A DNA stretch of 62,000 nucleotides, taken from Rhynchopus sp. YZ270_cl-10. Lineage: Eukaryota. The DNA lies in contig OZ037833.1 of NCBI GenBank assembly GCA_964035575.1, positions 2,914,001-2,976,000 on the forward strand, in the 5' to 3' direction. Position numbers and translations under genes: made by a program. Shown here piece by piece: positions 30,398-40,515 of this stretch (position 1 is its first letter; every line of letters starts with the position of its first letter). Under the pieces are notes generated by a model that saw only the letters and a program-made list of their open reading frames with translations, did not search any database and was not told the origin of the DNA.

Positions 30398-31978
30398 ATT
30401 TTTTGGTGAAAATATTTTTCACAGAAAATCGAATTTTACTATTAAGATTGGCTTTGGGCATGACCCAGTAAGGTTACTATGGGCCCCATGGGACATATAC
30501 ACCCGAATACCAGGCCGTATTTTCAAAATGTTGATAATCCCAGTATATGGTATGGCCCTGTGGTACGAAATTTTTGGCCGAAAAAATCGACCAAAAAATC
30601 GTCATTTTTGGGGGTCACGGTGACAAAAAGTTGCATTTTTTCACGAAAAATGGTCGGAATGTGACTTGAATGGGCTCTAATGGGTATATTATGCACATAA
30701 CATACCTAAATTATGTCGATATTTCACCGGCGGAGCCGAAAAAATCGATTTTCAGGGTGTGCAAAACTGTAAAAATGACGAAAATCGGAAAAATGACGAT
30801 TTTTTGGTCAAAATATTTTTCACAGAAAATCGAATTTTACTATTAAGATTGGCTTTGGGCATGACCCAGTAAGGTTACTATGGGCCCCATGGGACATATA
30901 CACCCGAATACCAGGCCGTATTTTCAAAATGTTGATAATCCCAGTATATGGTATGGCCCTGTGGTACGAAATTTTTGGCCGAAAAAATCGACCAAAAAAT
31001 CGTCATTTTTGGGGGTCACGGTGACAAAAAGTTGCATTTTTTCACGAAAAATGGTCGGAATGTGACTTGAATGGGCTCTAATGGGTATATTATGCACATA
31101 ACATACCTAAATTATGTCGATATTTCACCGGCGGAGCCGAAAAAATCGATTTTCAGGGTGTGCAAAACTGTAAAAATGACGAAAATCGGAAAAATGACGA
31201 TTTTTTGGTCAAAATATTTTTCACAGAAAATCGAATTTTACTATTAAGATTGGCTTTGGGCATGACCCAGTAAGGTTACTATGGGCCCCATGGGACATAT
31301 ACACCCGAATACCAGGCCGTATTTTCAAAAAGTTGATAATCCCAGTATATGGTATGGCCCTGTGGTACGAAATTTTTGGCCGAAAAAATCGACCAAAAAA
31401 TCGTCATTTTTGGGGGTCACGGTGACAAAAAGTTGCATTTTTTCACGAAAAATGGTCGGAATGTGACTTGAATGGGCTCTAATGGGTATATTATGCACAT
31501 AACATACCTAAATTATGTCGATATTTCACCGGCGGAGCCGAAAAAATCGATTTTCAGGGTGTGCAAAACTGTAAAAATGACGAAAATCGGAAAAATGACG
31601 ATTTTTTGGTGAAAATATTTTTCACAGAAAATCGAATTTTACTATTAAGATTGGCTTTGGGCATGACCCAGTAAGGTTACTATGGGCCCCATGGGACATA
31701 TACACCCGAATACCAGGCCGTATTTTCAAAAAGTTGATAATCCCAGTATATGGTATGGCCCTGTGGTACGAAATTTTTGGCCGAAAAAATCGACCAAAAA
31801 ATCGTCATTTTTGGGGGTCACGGTGACAAAAAGTTGCATTTTTTCACGAAAAATGGTCGGAATGTGACTTGAATGGGCTCTAATGGGTATATTATGCACA
31901 TAACATACCTAAATTATGTCGATATTTCACCGGCGGAGCCGAAAAAATCGATTTTCAGGGTGTGCAAAACTGTAAAAA
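30398..31978. repeat. 401-bp tandem repeat, about 4 copies
   Basis: Near-identical spurious ORFs at 30479, 30880, 31281, 31682. Confidence 0.95.
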
Positions 31979-34900
31979 TCACCAAAATCCCAAAAATCAC
32001 GATTTTTTTTCAAAAATATTTTTTTCAAAAAAATCGATTTTAAAATATTGGTTTGGCTTGTGCGGGGACCTGAATCTGGGGCAACATACCCTGTGGGACA
32101 TACTGGGCCCGATGCAAGGCCGATTTTTCAAAAATATGGTTGCCCCGGTAGACGGTATGGCCCTGCAGGTCAGTGCATCGGGCCAAAAATCATGAAAAAA
32201 TCATGATTTTGGGGTCTGGCACCCCATGGGCACATATATCTGGGGGTGTGAAATATGCATGGAATCGACCGATTGGGGGTGTTATAGGTCCTGGGGGCCC
32301 ACATGGGCCATATTTCACGCTATTGGGTCACGGGAAAGTGATTTTGACATTTTTTCATCGATTTTAGCTGTGAGAACCCTTCAAAAACACTGATTTTGGG
32401 GTGTTTCTGAGACGGTACGCTATACCCAGGGTCATATTAGGTATTAGTCCGGTCGACTTTTTGAAAAAACGACCCCGCAATGGACTCAGGGGTGCCAGAT
32501 AGTGTATATGCACCAGAATGGATTCACGGGAAAAGTCAAAATTGGGTGTCAGATACATGCTGCCATAAGTGACGAATTTCAAAAGTTGAGATTTTTCGAA
32601 AATCAGGGTTCAGTACACGCTGTACCCAATCCTGGGGGCCAAAATTTTCAACTTTTTGAAAAAACGGGCGGTATATGGCCCTAAAGTGTCAAAATGAGTT
32701 AATTGCGACCTCGGACGGCCTCCGGAGATGAGTAGAAGTTTATTTACTGAAAAAAAAAGTCAAAACACAGGCGAAATCCCACCTTCCACAGGTACAGTCA
32801 AAACTATTATCCAGATCTCATGTTTTTTCAAAAAATTTTAAATTGTTTTTATGACTAACACCTCCGAAATTTTTCCTGATAAGATGGAATATGGTCCTGT
32901 CGTAGTATGCAGTGTGTTTGCAGGCAAAAATTTGCATTTTCTCGCCCCAGACATTTTTTTATACATAAAAGTGCATAAAGGGACCCCTGACCCCAAAATC
33001 CGGGTTCCAGCTTTTTGAAGGGGTCACCCTACAGGCCACCTCAAAAAGTTGGCCCGTAGGGCCAACTTTTTGAAAAAACGGGGTTGCGATGTGTCCTGGG
33101 GGCCCGAAGGGCCCCCAGGACACATCGCTGGGAAAAAAATATTAGGTTTTTGGGGGTCTATATAGGGTTGCTGTGGGGGTCACATGGCCGAAAAATGGCC
33201 ATTTTTGGCCTATTTTTGGCCATTTTTTTAAGGTAAAAAATCCACTTTTTTTTTGTACATCCCCTTGCCCCCGGTAAAATTTACCAAACATATGGCCCTG
33301 TTGGACATACTGGGCCCATGAGTCGGTCGCTGGATCACCAAACTAGTTGCCCTATTTGCTAAAATCATGTTTTCAGGGTCAAAAATAGGGTGTTTTTTAG
33401 GGTCAAAAATAGGGTGTTTTTCAGGGGTATGTTAACCACGTATGTGTCTTAGGGACCAAATTTTCCAGGAATGTGAACCAATCGGGTCGCAATGGGTCCA
33501 GGGGGCCCGGAGGGCCCCCATGCAGGGAAAATTTGCAACAATCCTGGGCAATGCTGGGGGCCGATAGGGTGTGCCTATACACGTGTTTTTACGTGTTTTT
33601 GGGCACTTTTCAGGATTTTCGAAAATTTTTGCAACACCAAAATCAAAAATTTCGGTCTAGGAGGCCCATATCTGGAAAAAATCGATATTCCAATGGCCTC
33701 ATTGGGACATATTGGGCCCAGGACCCTATTTTCAGGTCCCAGGAAAAGCCAAAACAATAAAAAAAATAGCTCAGGCGACCCCCAAAAATAGGCGAAAAAC
33801 AGCCATTTTTAGGGTGTTTTTTAGGGGTATTTTTACACACACAAATTGTTTACCATAGCACACCCCCAGGCTGCCTCAAAATTTTATCTTTATTTGATTT
33901 TTCCAACCCACATAGGGGTATTGGAGGCACAACTTTCACCAAGCCTGGGGAATTCGGCACTGCACACACACAACTGAAAAAGGCAAAAATCACCTGTTTT
34001 TCAAGGTGTCGCAGGGTAAATGTTGTTCCTTAAAAACCAAATTTTTTCTAAAAAATCGGCCCTGCGGGTGAAAAAACGACACTATGGGGGGTATTCCAGG
34101 GTGTGGGGGCCCCAAAAATCCGGTTTAAGACCACGAGAGGGTCCGAATACACACCTGAGAAGGTCCCGGGGAGTAAAAAAATGGCCATTTTTGGGGGGTC
34201 AAAATCTCACTTTTTGGGGGGATGTTTGTATACCCAGTACCGACCCACTAGCTGGGATGCCCAACTTTTCGCGAATATGGGGGCCCGTAGGGCCCCCGGG
34301 GCCCAGGGGGCCCAAAATATCGTGTTGCAGATGCCAGGAGAACATGTTTCAATATTTTGGATACATTTTTCCATAGGGTCATTTTCAAAAGCACTGATTT
34401 TAGGGGTATTGAGCGAGGTACCCATACCCATGGGTTATCCTATATATTAGTTTTCACTCGGATGTGAAAAAACGATGTCGCAATGGATTCAGGGGGCCCA
34501 AATAGGGTATATGGCCCAGGAAATTTTCAAAAAGTTGACCCAACCAGGTATACAGGCATACAAGCCGGTAGGTCAACAGATAGGGTGTTTTCCGCACCCA
34601 AAATATGGGGTCATGACCATGTGGGTCAGACCTGAATTGATAAATGTTTCGCACAGGTTTTCGCGAATACCCCCTCTATTCCGAATGCGCTACAAGAGTT
34701 TTAAATTTTTGGCTATTTAGATTCACTTTTAAAAACAAAATGGGTCTCCAGAACACACATGAGGTTCACATGTACCTCTACAGAAACCTTGGTTTTGGTC
34801 GGATTTTGAGGCCAATTTTTGGGTTCCCACCAATTTCCTAGGGTATACTGGGATATTGCCCGTGTGTCCAAAAGTGATTTTTGGGGCCTTAGGACCCCGG

Positions 34901-35641
34901 AGAATCCATTTAACGGTCGTTTTTGCACCGGAAAGACCTATCTAGTACCCAAAAATCGAATTTTCATATTTTTGAAAAAGTGACCAAAAATCGACTTTTT
35001 TTGGTAACATTGTATGGCATAAATTATTCTACATAATGTGTGATGCTTGAATAAAAACTTACGACCCCATAATGTACTCGGAACTCACCCATGTAATTGT
35101 TGAGAAAAAAAAACTTTCCGAAAAAATGAAATTTCAACCCGAATATGCACATTTGGGTCATTTTACGGCTATGTAGGTCATTTTGTATGTGTTTTTCGAT
35201 TATATAGGTGATTAGGATATGTGTGATGCTCAGATTAAATCGTAAGACCCCGCAATTGACTCAAATGTGCCCAAAAACCCTATATACCCAAGATTATTAA
35301 CTTTTCCAGCATATTGGACATCCTTAGGTATGGTTATAAGCCATGATACGGCTATTGCTGGAAAAATAGCCATAAATTGTGGTTGGTATTGATTTCAGAA
35401 ATTATGTGATGCTTAGATCATGCCATAGACGCTTTTAATGGATTCATATGAGCTCATACTACCCATATACCCCTTCAGAAGCCCCTTTTGACTCTTATGA
35501 ATATCCTTATATAGGCTTCCACTTGTGCAGAACCTTCTCAGTGTACAAGATGTTAGGTACAAAAAAACCATCATATTTTTTACACTACTGGCATGCTTCC
35601 CAGGACACGTCTGTACTCAGAACGTTGTAGAGAAAAAAGGC

Positions 35642-35753
35642 AACCAACGATTTCTAAAGCTACAGTTTCTGTACTTCATTGGTATGGAAGCATGAAGATT
35701 ACTCTTCTCACACAACTTTGTCAAAACATGGCCAGTTTCGAAAGAGACTGGCC
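35642..35753 (+). ncRNA. SL RNA: Spliced-leader RNA gene 1
   Basis: AACCAACGATTTCTAAAGCTACAGTTTCTGTACTTCATTG|GTATG, Sm-like AACTTTG, 3' hairpin, T-tract. Confidence 0.95.
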
Positions 35754-36075
35754 TTTTTTACGTTAGCATGATCGTCTTGTGCACAAGAAGCAAACCCAAA
35801 AACACACACGATTCACACATGACATAACACACAAGTGCTTACTGCACCCCATTTTTATATCGCCTGCAAAACCATATTTGTGACACTTGTTCCCCTTCAG
35901 AAGCCACTGTTGACTCTGTCGAATATCCTTCTGTAGGATCACACTTAAGGATATTTTTATGTAGAACCTTCACAGTGACCAAGATGTCAGGTACGAAAAA
36001 GCAACCGTATTATAGACATTGGCAGAAGGCTTCCCAGAACAAGTGGGTACCTAGAACATTGTAGAGAAAAAGGGC

Positions 36076-36187
36076 AACCAACGATTTCTAAAGCTACAGT
36101 TTCTGTACTTCATTGGTATGGAAGCATGAAGATTATATTCTTCACACAACTTTGTCAAAACATGGCCAGTTTCGAAAGAGACTGGCC
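36076..36187 (+). ncRNA. SL RNA: Spliced-leader RNA gene 2
   Basis: Same exon and intron structure. Confidence 0.95.
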
Positions 36188-36494
36188 TTTTTTACGTTAA
36201 CATCACCTTGTGCAAACCCAAAAAACACACATGATTCCCATGTTCTTCGAATATTTTGGTGATTAGGATATGTGTAATGCTCAGATTAAATTGTACGACC
36301 ACGCAATTGACTCAAATGAGCCCAAATATCCCGTATTCCCAAGATTTTTGGACTTTCGAGCACATTGGGCATCCTTAGGTATGTTTATAAGCCACTCTAC
36401 GGCTATGTTAGAAAAAAAACCCACCATAATAATGATACATATGGCATGATTCCCAGAACATGTTGGCACTTAGAACATTGTAGAGAAAAAGGGC

Positions 36495-36606
36495 AACCAA
36501 CGATTTCTAAAGCTACAGTTTCTGTACTTCATTGGTATGGAAGCATGAAGATTATTCTTCTCACACAACTTTGTCAAAACATGGCCAGTTTCGAAAGAGA
36601 CTGGCC
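36495..36606 (+). ncRNA. SL RNA: Spliced-leader RNA gene 3
   Basis: Same exon and intron structure. Confidence 0.95.
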
Positions 36607-36690
36607 TTTTTTACGTTAACACGATCGTCTTGTGCACAAGAAGCAAAAAAACCCACACAACAACAGCAGAAGTTTAGAACCACATTCAGA

Positions 36691-36726
36691 CCCTGACCCA
36701 ACTCCAACAAGGGGCCCCTGTCTTGT
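36691..36726 (+). promoter_or_regulatory. Class-A upstream element at -59 of U6 (CCCTGACCCA..CCAACAAG....CCCTGTCTTGT)
   Basis: Recurs at 37280, 37991, 40445 and 54916(-) at about -59/-60 from RNA starts. Confidence 0.8.
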
Positions 36727-36749
36727 CAACCACCTTGTGCATATATACT

Positions 36750-36854
36750 GGACCCCAGAAATGGGACATCCGTTAAAATTGGATCGATACAGAGAAGATT
36801 AGCATGGTCCCTGTGCAAGGATGACACGCATTAATCGAGAAAGTATCAACTTTT
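36750..36854 (+). ncRNA. U6: U6 snRNA
   Basis: ACAGAGAAGATTAGCATGG...CAAGGATGACACGCA core, terminal T-run. Confidence 0.97.
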
Positions 36855-37073
36855 TTTTTGTCCCCCGGATCACACGTATTTTTTACACTGGTGTCTTCTT
36901 CATGCTTCCCAGACCAACACATATGTGCAGACATACCCATCACCCACAGGTGGCAAGTGGCAGGCTGCAGTAACCCATTGAAATATTGGTTTCAAAAAAC
37001 GACCATATGGTTTATGCTACTGGCATGCTTCCCTGAGCACATACATGTCGAAAGCTGTGTAGAGAAAAAGAGC

Positions 37074-37185
37074 AACCAACGATTTCTAAAGCTACAGTTT
37101 CTGTACTTCATTGGTATGGAAGCATGAAGATTACTCTTCTCACACAACTTTGTCAAAACATGGCCGGTTTCGAAAGAGACTGGCC
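37074..37185 (+). ncRNA. SL RNA: Spliced-leader RNA gene 4
   Basis: Same exon and intron structure. Confidence 0.95.
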
Positions 37186-37340
37186 TTTTTTACGTTAGCA
37201 TGATTGTCTTTGTGTGTCTTTGTGCAAAGCAAAAAAAAAACACACACAAGAAGTGAGGATCTTCAAAACCACGTTTTTGACCTGACCCACCTCCAACTAG
37301 ACAACCCTGTCTTGTATTCCGACAATATGGTATCTATTGA

Positions 37341-37655
37341 GCCGGGATGTGTTGGCTGCATCCTGAAACCCCTAGCTTCTGGGGGGGCAAGCTTCTCCAG
37401 AACTGGGCACTCTTTGAGGTGGACCAAAGGCACCTTCAACTTCTGTGTTGATGTGTTGTCCGTGTTAGTCTACTGTCCTGTTTGCGGCCTTGGTGTAAAC
37501 CAGGGCAACAATCAGAGTGAAATGGGGTGAACCGGGCCAGGCTGGTCTCACAGAGCAGCTCATAACTCCTGCAGTGGACAGTTCAAGGATCGCAGCACAG
37601 AGCAGAGTGAGGGTGTTTCCAACTCAATGGCTTGAACTGGAGAAGCGTTTCTTTT
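37341..37655 (+). ncRNA. 7SL: 7SL (SRP) RNA
   Basis: GCCGGG start, helix 6 with GTAA loop, helix 8 GCCAGG..AGCAG, closing GCTTCTCCAG/CTGGAGAAGC, T6 terminator. Confidence 0.88.
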
Positions 37656-37815
37656 TTACATTTTTCCATGTGAACATTGTTTCCACATCACCATACACAT
37701 GTGTTGTTGATACACCCCACCACGTTGCCCAGACCATTCCTACCCACATTATTCACCACAAGTGGCATGTTTACCAGTACATGTTGGTGCTTAGAGCAAT
37801 GTTAAGAAAAAGGGC

Positions 37816-37928
37816 AACCAACGATTTCTAAAGCTACAGTTTCTGTACTTCATTGGTATGGAAGCATGAAGATTATATTCTTCTCACACAACTTTGTCAA
37901 ACATGGCCAGCCTCGAAAGAGACTGGCC
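37816..37928 (+). ncRNA. SL RNA: Spliced-leader RNA gene 5 (variant intron)
   Basis: Identical exon, slightly diverged intron. Confidence 0.93.
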
Positions 37929-38049
37929 TTTTTTACGTCACCATGAGAAAAAACATTCACACATATGATGCATGTACAAAGTGTGTGTCACCCTGACCCA
38001 CCTCCAACAAGACAACCCTGTCTTGTTTTCCCATACTCTCCCTATGTTT

Positions 38050-38374
38050 GGGTGCTAAGTTAGTGTGCTACTTCGAAACCAAACAACTCGTTCAGCAACA
38101 GCTAAAACTTGAAAAGACCTTTCTATTTAAGAAAATTCTTTACAATTTTTATGATGCGGTCCTGCTGTTGGGCCTGATATGGCCCAAGGCGGAACTACTT
38201 TCATATGATGTAAATCCCGTACGTTCGTACAGAATATTACCCATGATGATTATTCTTACATTAGCGTGTAACACTAATTCTGACTGCGTTCTATTTCACA
38301 CTTCAAATATTAGAACTGGATGTGGGGCTGCCAGTTTACTGGTGGTCCCGATCCAGCACACAACGCAAGCACCC
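38050..38374 (+). ncRNA. Unidentified ~325-nt structured RNA ('RNA X'), copy 1
   Basis: Class-A element at -59, terminal helix GGGTGCT/AGCACCC, T6, covarying stems with the paralog at 54528-54857. Confidence 0.75.
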
Positions 38375-38490
38375 TTTTTTATATTTTCCCACCCAGCACC
38401 CCCCCTGTGTCTGTGTTGTTGCCTAAGCATCGCCTTTTACAGGCTTCCTTGCAGGGAGTGTTCGGTCAAGTGATAGTGATGAAGAAGGAC

Positions 38491-38556
38491 AGGGGCGAGT
38501 TTTCTCGTGAAATGCTTTGAAGCCTCTGACATTGAGAGGCTCGCTCCGACCTCTGT
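38491..38556 (+). ncRNA. Unidentified ~65-nt structured small RNA
   Basis: CTTCC element at -47, GGGGCGAG/CTCGCTCC closing stem, TGTTTTT end like neighbouring snRNAs. Confidence 0.5.
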
Positions 38557-38636
38557 TTTTAATAACCCACATCACAGTGGTAACCACTGTGTATGTATGG
38601 TATGTATGGTATGTTTGTTTTTGTTTTGTTAAAAAA

Positions 38637-38826
38637 GAGGGTATGCCACTCCTGGATGTTGTGCAGCTCCAGGGCAACATGTGTGAACGGACCAGGTTGC
38701 CCTGGCGACCCGTCACCCCAATGAGAAATTGCGTTAATATCATCAGTGCACAAGGCACTGTATCAGATATTAAGCTGATAAGAACAGATAATACACTTGA
38801 TCTTAGCCAAAAGGCCGAGAAGGTAT
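38637..38826 (-). ncRNA. U2: U2 snRNA
   Basis: ATACCTTCTCGGCCTTTTGGCTAAGATCAAGTGTATTATCTGTTCTTATCAG on the minus strand; ~190 nt. Confidence 0.97.
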
Positions 38827-38859
38827 GACTTCTTTTTAGTCCATACCGAATTCGACACC

Positions 38860-38877
38860 CATGTACAGGGAAGCATG
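38860..38877 (-). promoter_or_regulatory. Class-B upstream element (ATGCTTCCCTG) at -47 of U2
   Basis: Same motif at -46/-47 of the SL genes, U3, U4, U5 and about -50 of U1. Confidence 0.75.
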
Positions 38878-38979
38878 ATTATGATCAATATTACTAGGAA
38901 ACAACAAGGCAAGCAGATTACACACCCATGTCACAGGGAAGTAAGTGAAGGTGATGATCAATCTTATTAGTAAAAACAA

Positions 38980-39121
38980 GGCCGCCGAAGCAGCTACACA
39001 AATTGCCAATGTGGCAACGCCGAAGCGGCCCATGGCGGGAATTGGGTAGTTTTCAACCAGCAATCTCTCCACAGCGTCCCTATTTGGTCATTGCTTATGG
39101 AATTATCCCGAGCGCAAGAAT
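38980..39121 (-). ncRNA. U4: U4 snRNA
   Basis: 5' ATTCTTGCGC complementary to U6 stem II, k-turn stem, TGCTGGTTGAAAACT, Sm site AATTTGTG. Confidence 0.92.
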
Positions 39122-39281
39122 ACCTCCTTTTCTCCCAGTCGTGTCACAAAGCTATGTCCACAGGGAAGTGTGTTGGGGTGGTAACATATAGACACCACGT
39201 AAAGTTAACACACCAAAACTACCACCGCCAATGTGCCTCCCTATAGACATCTGTGCAGCCGATAGGTGGAACAAACAAGGG

Positions 39282-39493
39282 CAAGACTGTACTCTACACA
39301 GGATCTGTTTTTGAGTGCATTCGTGTTGAAGATTGTTTTCTTCGGCACAAGACCAAAGCTGGATGATGACATAGGTTGGGCATGTGCAGCATGAGCACTT
39401 GCGATGATTGTCACATACTTCTTGTATTGTTTTGTCTCTCCCCTGTATGGCGCAGGGAAGAGTACCAGGCACAGCCCTTCCACTTACAGCTTG
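39282..39493 (+). ncRNA. U3: U3 snoRNA
   Basis: AAGACTGTACTCT..GGATC (GAC/A'/A boxes), GATGA boxes, terminal AAGCTG/CAGCTT stem; box D atypical. Confidence 0.8.
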
Positions 39494-39642
39494 TTTTTAA
39501 GAAAAACCTCAAAAAAGGCTTCACATTACTTTTTTCACCTTCAAGGACATCTTGATCAATCAAGAAGTTACCACACTATCCTCGCTCTCAACATGCTTCC
39601 ATGTGTAGCAAAGTGCACACAGCAATAGAACAAAACAGAGCC

Positions 39643-39756
39643 ATATCACGGTTCTTGCCCATATCGAACTCATCTTTCGCCTTTTACTAAAGATGACCGT
39701 GGGTAAGAGCCACTATGTGAAAGCATAATTTTTGAAGGGGCCTTTGTGTCTCATCT
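39643..39756 (+). ncRNA. U5: U5 snRNA
   Basis: Invariant loop I GCCTTTTAC on a long stem, Sm site AATTTTTG. Confidence 0.93.
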
Positions 39757-39833
39757 GTTTTTAAGTCTTGACAACCACTACGCTTCCCTGAAGGTGTTGG
39801 AGTTTCGCATGTTGTTAAACTCAGCTAGAGGTT

Positions 39834-39990
39834 ACATACCTTACTGGTGTCTGACCTGATCAACAAGGGCGTCGACACACCAGTGGCCCTTGCATTGCAC
39901 TGCGCAGGGGATACTGGTGGCACTAGCTTCGGCTGGCTTGCACAGTGAAATTTTTGACAGCGGCGGTGCTGTGCTTTGCACAAACCCGCC
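39834..39990 (+). ncRNA. U1: U1 snRNA
   Basis: 5' ACATACCT, SL1 loop GATCAACAAG, SL2 loop ATTGCAC, Sm site AATTTTTG, SL4. Confidence 0.92.
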
Positions 39991-40279
39991 TTTTTAAACA
40001 AACAAACAAACCAAAACAAATGTGATCACACAAACCATCATGTTACCCAGTAAACCCAGTAAACCCAGCACACTGGTCTAGAGGGATCGACCACTGAGTG
40101 GTGACCTGTGAGCACACAGGCACCTGCTCCGATGCAGTAGTGCAGCGCACTAAGTGCTGTGCTAAGGACTGGCCAAACTTGTTAAACCTGCTGACCCACA
40201 AACCGGTTTTCACAACCGAAGCAAAAACAAGCTCAGAAATAAAAAGCTCTTCAAAGGTTTTCGAACCTGACTCAGTATT

Positions 40280-40398
40280 GGATTCGGCCATACTCTGGTG
40301 AATGCACCTCATCCCGCCTGATTTGAGAAGTTAAGCACCAGCAGGCCTGGATAGTACTGGCGTGGGTGACCAGCTGGGAAGTCCGGGTGCTTGAATCC
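40280..40398 (+). rRNA. 5S: 5S rRNA
   Basis: 119 nt, GGATTC/GAATCC terminal helix, A-box AGTTAAGC, C-box region, T-run. Confidence 0.97.
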
Positions 40399-40515
40399 TT
40401 TTTGCTTTTCTTCCGTGTTGGTGTGTGGTTTTAGGACATCCAGACCCTGACCCACCTCCAACAAGACAACCCTGTCTTGTATCCCTGTGTTTGTTGCACT
40501 ATCCAGAGAGCAGAA

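Noticed and set aside
30479..31867. Four repeated 61-aa ORFs
   Set aside because: By-product of the 401-bp tandem repeat
35642..37928. Repeats with unique spacers resembling a CRISPR array
   Set aside because: They are ~112-nt SL RNA genes; eukaryotic context and no cas genes
38050..38374. RNA X as RNase MRP/P, or its 141-aa ORF as a protein
   Set aside because: No GAAAGUCCCC-type CR-I, the GGGGCU lies inside a local hairpin, and indels between paralogs break the frame while preserving stems
38431..38440. CGCCTTTTAC, a second U5 loop-I motif
   Set aside because: No U5 stem or Sm site; the true U5 is at 39643-39756
38925..38942. Extra class-B motifs (38941 minus; also 36905) implying further RNAs
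   Set aside because: No structured, terminated sequence at +47; more likely distal duplicates for U2 and SL4
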